From: Raja brachyura
Taxonomy: Eukaryota
Direction: 5' to 3'
DNA length: 64,000 nucleotides
NCBI GenBank assembly: GCA_963514005.1
Contig: OY740811.1
Span: 14,384,001 to 14,448,000 of the forward strand
Position numbers and translations under genes: made by a program. This document shows positions 61,821 through 64,000 of the stretch, in pieces; within the stretch, counting starts at the first letter, position 1; each line of letters starts with the position of its first letter. The notes beneath the pieces are model-generated. The model worked only from the letters and a program-made list of their open reading frames with translations, was not told where the DNA came from and ran no database searches.

Positions 61821-64000
61821 ATCAAATTATTTTCTACCATGCTCAAAATTCTCAAAACGAGCTTTGTACTGCAAACTTCTGTATTAGACCACATTTATGT
61901 GCACGCTAGTGTAGAGTTAGGAGCATGTCCGTCAGATGTTTTGGATAAAATAGCCCAGACTTTATTATGCAGCGATCTAGCTGTAATTTACCATGCAGTA
62001 TTTTGAGTTTTGAAGGTCCTATGTGTGCACGGAGCATTCTGCTGCTATCCCTAGCATTAAATTCATAAATATATGAACCTTCTGATGGCTTATCTAATTC
62101 AACATGTCACCGACACCAAATAAATTCTATGGAGAACAACCTATTTCCAGATGGGAGTAATGTAAGAATTAACAATACCTTTCACGTTCATTCCTATTTA
62201 CTGTTTCCAGATTTATTAATTCCGTGTCAGTGGCTGAATGCTGTTATTTAGTGAAAATAAAAATAACCCTGATATTTTTGTTAGGTTTTGTTATTTTTGG
62301 TTTGCTATCTTAATACTGAAGTGTCAAAAATGGATATAATTCTAAAACATTTTATTAACAAAACATAATAACAGCAAAACACTTCTAAACTGTTCCAAAC
62401 TGTATTGAAATCCTCGTATACTCATTAGGAATGACTTTATCTTTTTCTTTCTATCAAATTCTTGTTTCTGGCAATTGACAGACTGTTAAAGTTATTAGGC
62501 CTGCTATGTTTGGAATGTGATTGAGATGTTTTGATGATGATTGAAATGTATGAATAAATTGGTGAATTTGCCAAGGCATAATAAACTCTGAAATAAATCT
62601 TTTGTTCTCTTTTGCCTTTACTGCATCATTTTCTTGTTGAGAAGTTGCTGCAATGCCAGCCATCTGGTCAGTAACAGTAGCAATTATTTAACACACTTGC
62701 ATTTAACAAGCTAACATCTTTAGTTAAAAAAATTCTTCAACAGAATGCAAGATTTGTATAATTCTGAATAATTACAGTGAGATCTGTTTAAATATGAGTT
62801 ATGGCATATCAGTAAGTATCCCAGGTAGGATTTATTCATCTAAGCTGTGTCTGACCTGATTGCATTGAAGAAAAAAGCTCCTTATTGCAGACAGCCATCT
62901 TATCTTGACACAGTATATAGGATCTCTTTATTCAGTGGTTATGCCACACTAGGTATTTATATCTTCTCTCCTTTTTAACATGTTGAAAGCAAAAACAATG
63001 AAACATAATTTTAAGGGATTCAAATAATGAAGATGGCAAAACAAAATCCAAACTTTACTCGAGGGCATGAAATGTAGAAGTCCAGGACACCAGGTACGTT
63101 GCAGCAACAGTGATGAAGCTAAGTTATCCACTACCAATTAAAAAAAAATGCAGATAGAGGACGTCTGAAAGAAAAAACAAAAAATCAGAGAAAAACTCAG
63201 CAGATAAAGCAACATGTGTGGAAAATGAGACAGTTAACATTCCAATTTATGAGACCCTTTGTGTGTTTTAAACAACCTCAAGGACTTGAAAAGCAGCCAT
63301 TCCCTTTATGATGAAATTTGCAAACACTAAGTTTCCATGCAGGAAGGTCTTTTGAGGTCATTGCCCGTGCACCTGTTAGTTAAGCTCGTCTGCTTTCAAT
63401 TTTAAAGCTTTCATGACCTCAAGACATTGAAATTGATCTTTTTGAATGTATAGTCATTATTGCAGTGTAGGAAACGTTAAAGCCATCTTTCACAAACAGC
63501 AATGTAATAAAACAATATGGAGACACAATGAACTGCAGGTGCTGGAATCTTGAGCAGAACACACTGTGCAGGGAGAATTTAGCAGCTGTGGAGGGAATGG
63601 ACAGATGATGTTTTACGTCTGGATCCTTTTGTAAACTACTAGGGGAAGGGGAGAAAGCTGGAAAACAAAGGTGAGGATATGGCCACCTATCACTTCCCAG
63701 GCTTTGTCCAGACCCCACCCCTTGTTTGATATTTTTCTCCCCCCCCCCCCCCCGCCCCTACAATCAGCCTAAAGAAGGATCCCGACCTGAAACAGCATCT
63801 TCCATTCCCTCCATAGATGCTCCCTGTCCTGTGTTGTTCCTTCAATACTTTGTGATAAAGTAATGTTGACTAGGAACCATAGGGCAAACACTCCTTCCCT
63901 TCTTCAAACTGGTGCTTAAGGACCTATTGCATCCTCGTGTGAAAACAGTTAAGTCTTGGTTTAATGTAGAAATGGGTTTAAGGATTCCAAATGTAAAATA

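Overview
Vertebrate genomic DNA, most likely a cartilaginous fish (skate/ray-type agrin protein and repeat families). The + strand carries the 3' part of agrin (AGRN). Eleven constitutive coding exons with GT-AG junctions in consistent phase run from the end of LG1 through EGF, EGF, LG2, EGF and LG3 to the stop at 46587. Three known alternative microexons missed by the ORF track are present: y/A (KSRK, 12 nt), z8/B8 (HLANEIPD, 24 nt) and z11/B11 (PEFMDYPMEQS, 33 nt). A repeat-free 2.6-kb 3'UTR follows. About 10 kb downstream, a CpG-island promoter leads into a 14-nt first coding exon (ATGACATCCCGGAG|gtaagg, MTSRR) with the signature of PTPN11/SHP-2-family exon 1, probably the SHP-2-like/ptpn11b paralogue. 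Introns are dense with tRNA-derived SINEs, CR1 and Rex1 LINE fragments, Tc1, hAT and Harbinger elements, and Penelope-derived hairpins. Main leads: two further frame-preserving candidate microexons at the agrin z site (27 nt and 69 nt); a family of TSD-flanked Penelope-derived hairpins carrying minimal hammerhead-ribozyme-like cores; a hAT MITE with an internal 18-bp minisatellite; and a promoter built from a degenerate ~98-bp repeat with CCAAT boxes. Homology calls rest on my recall of the families, not on searches.
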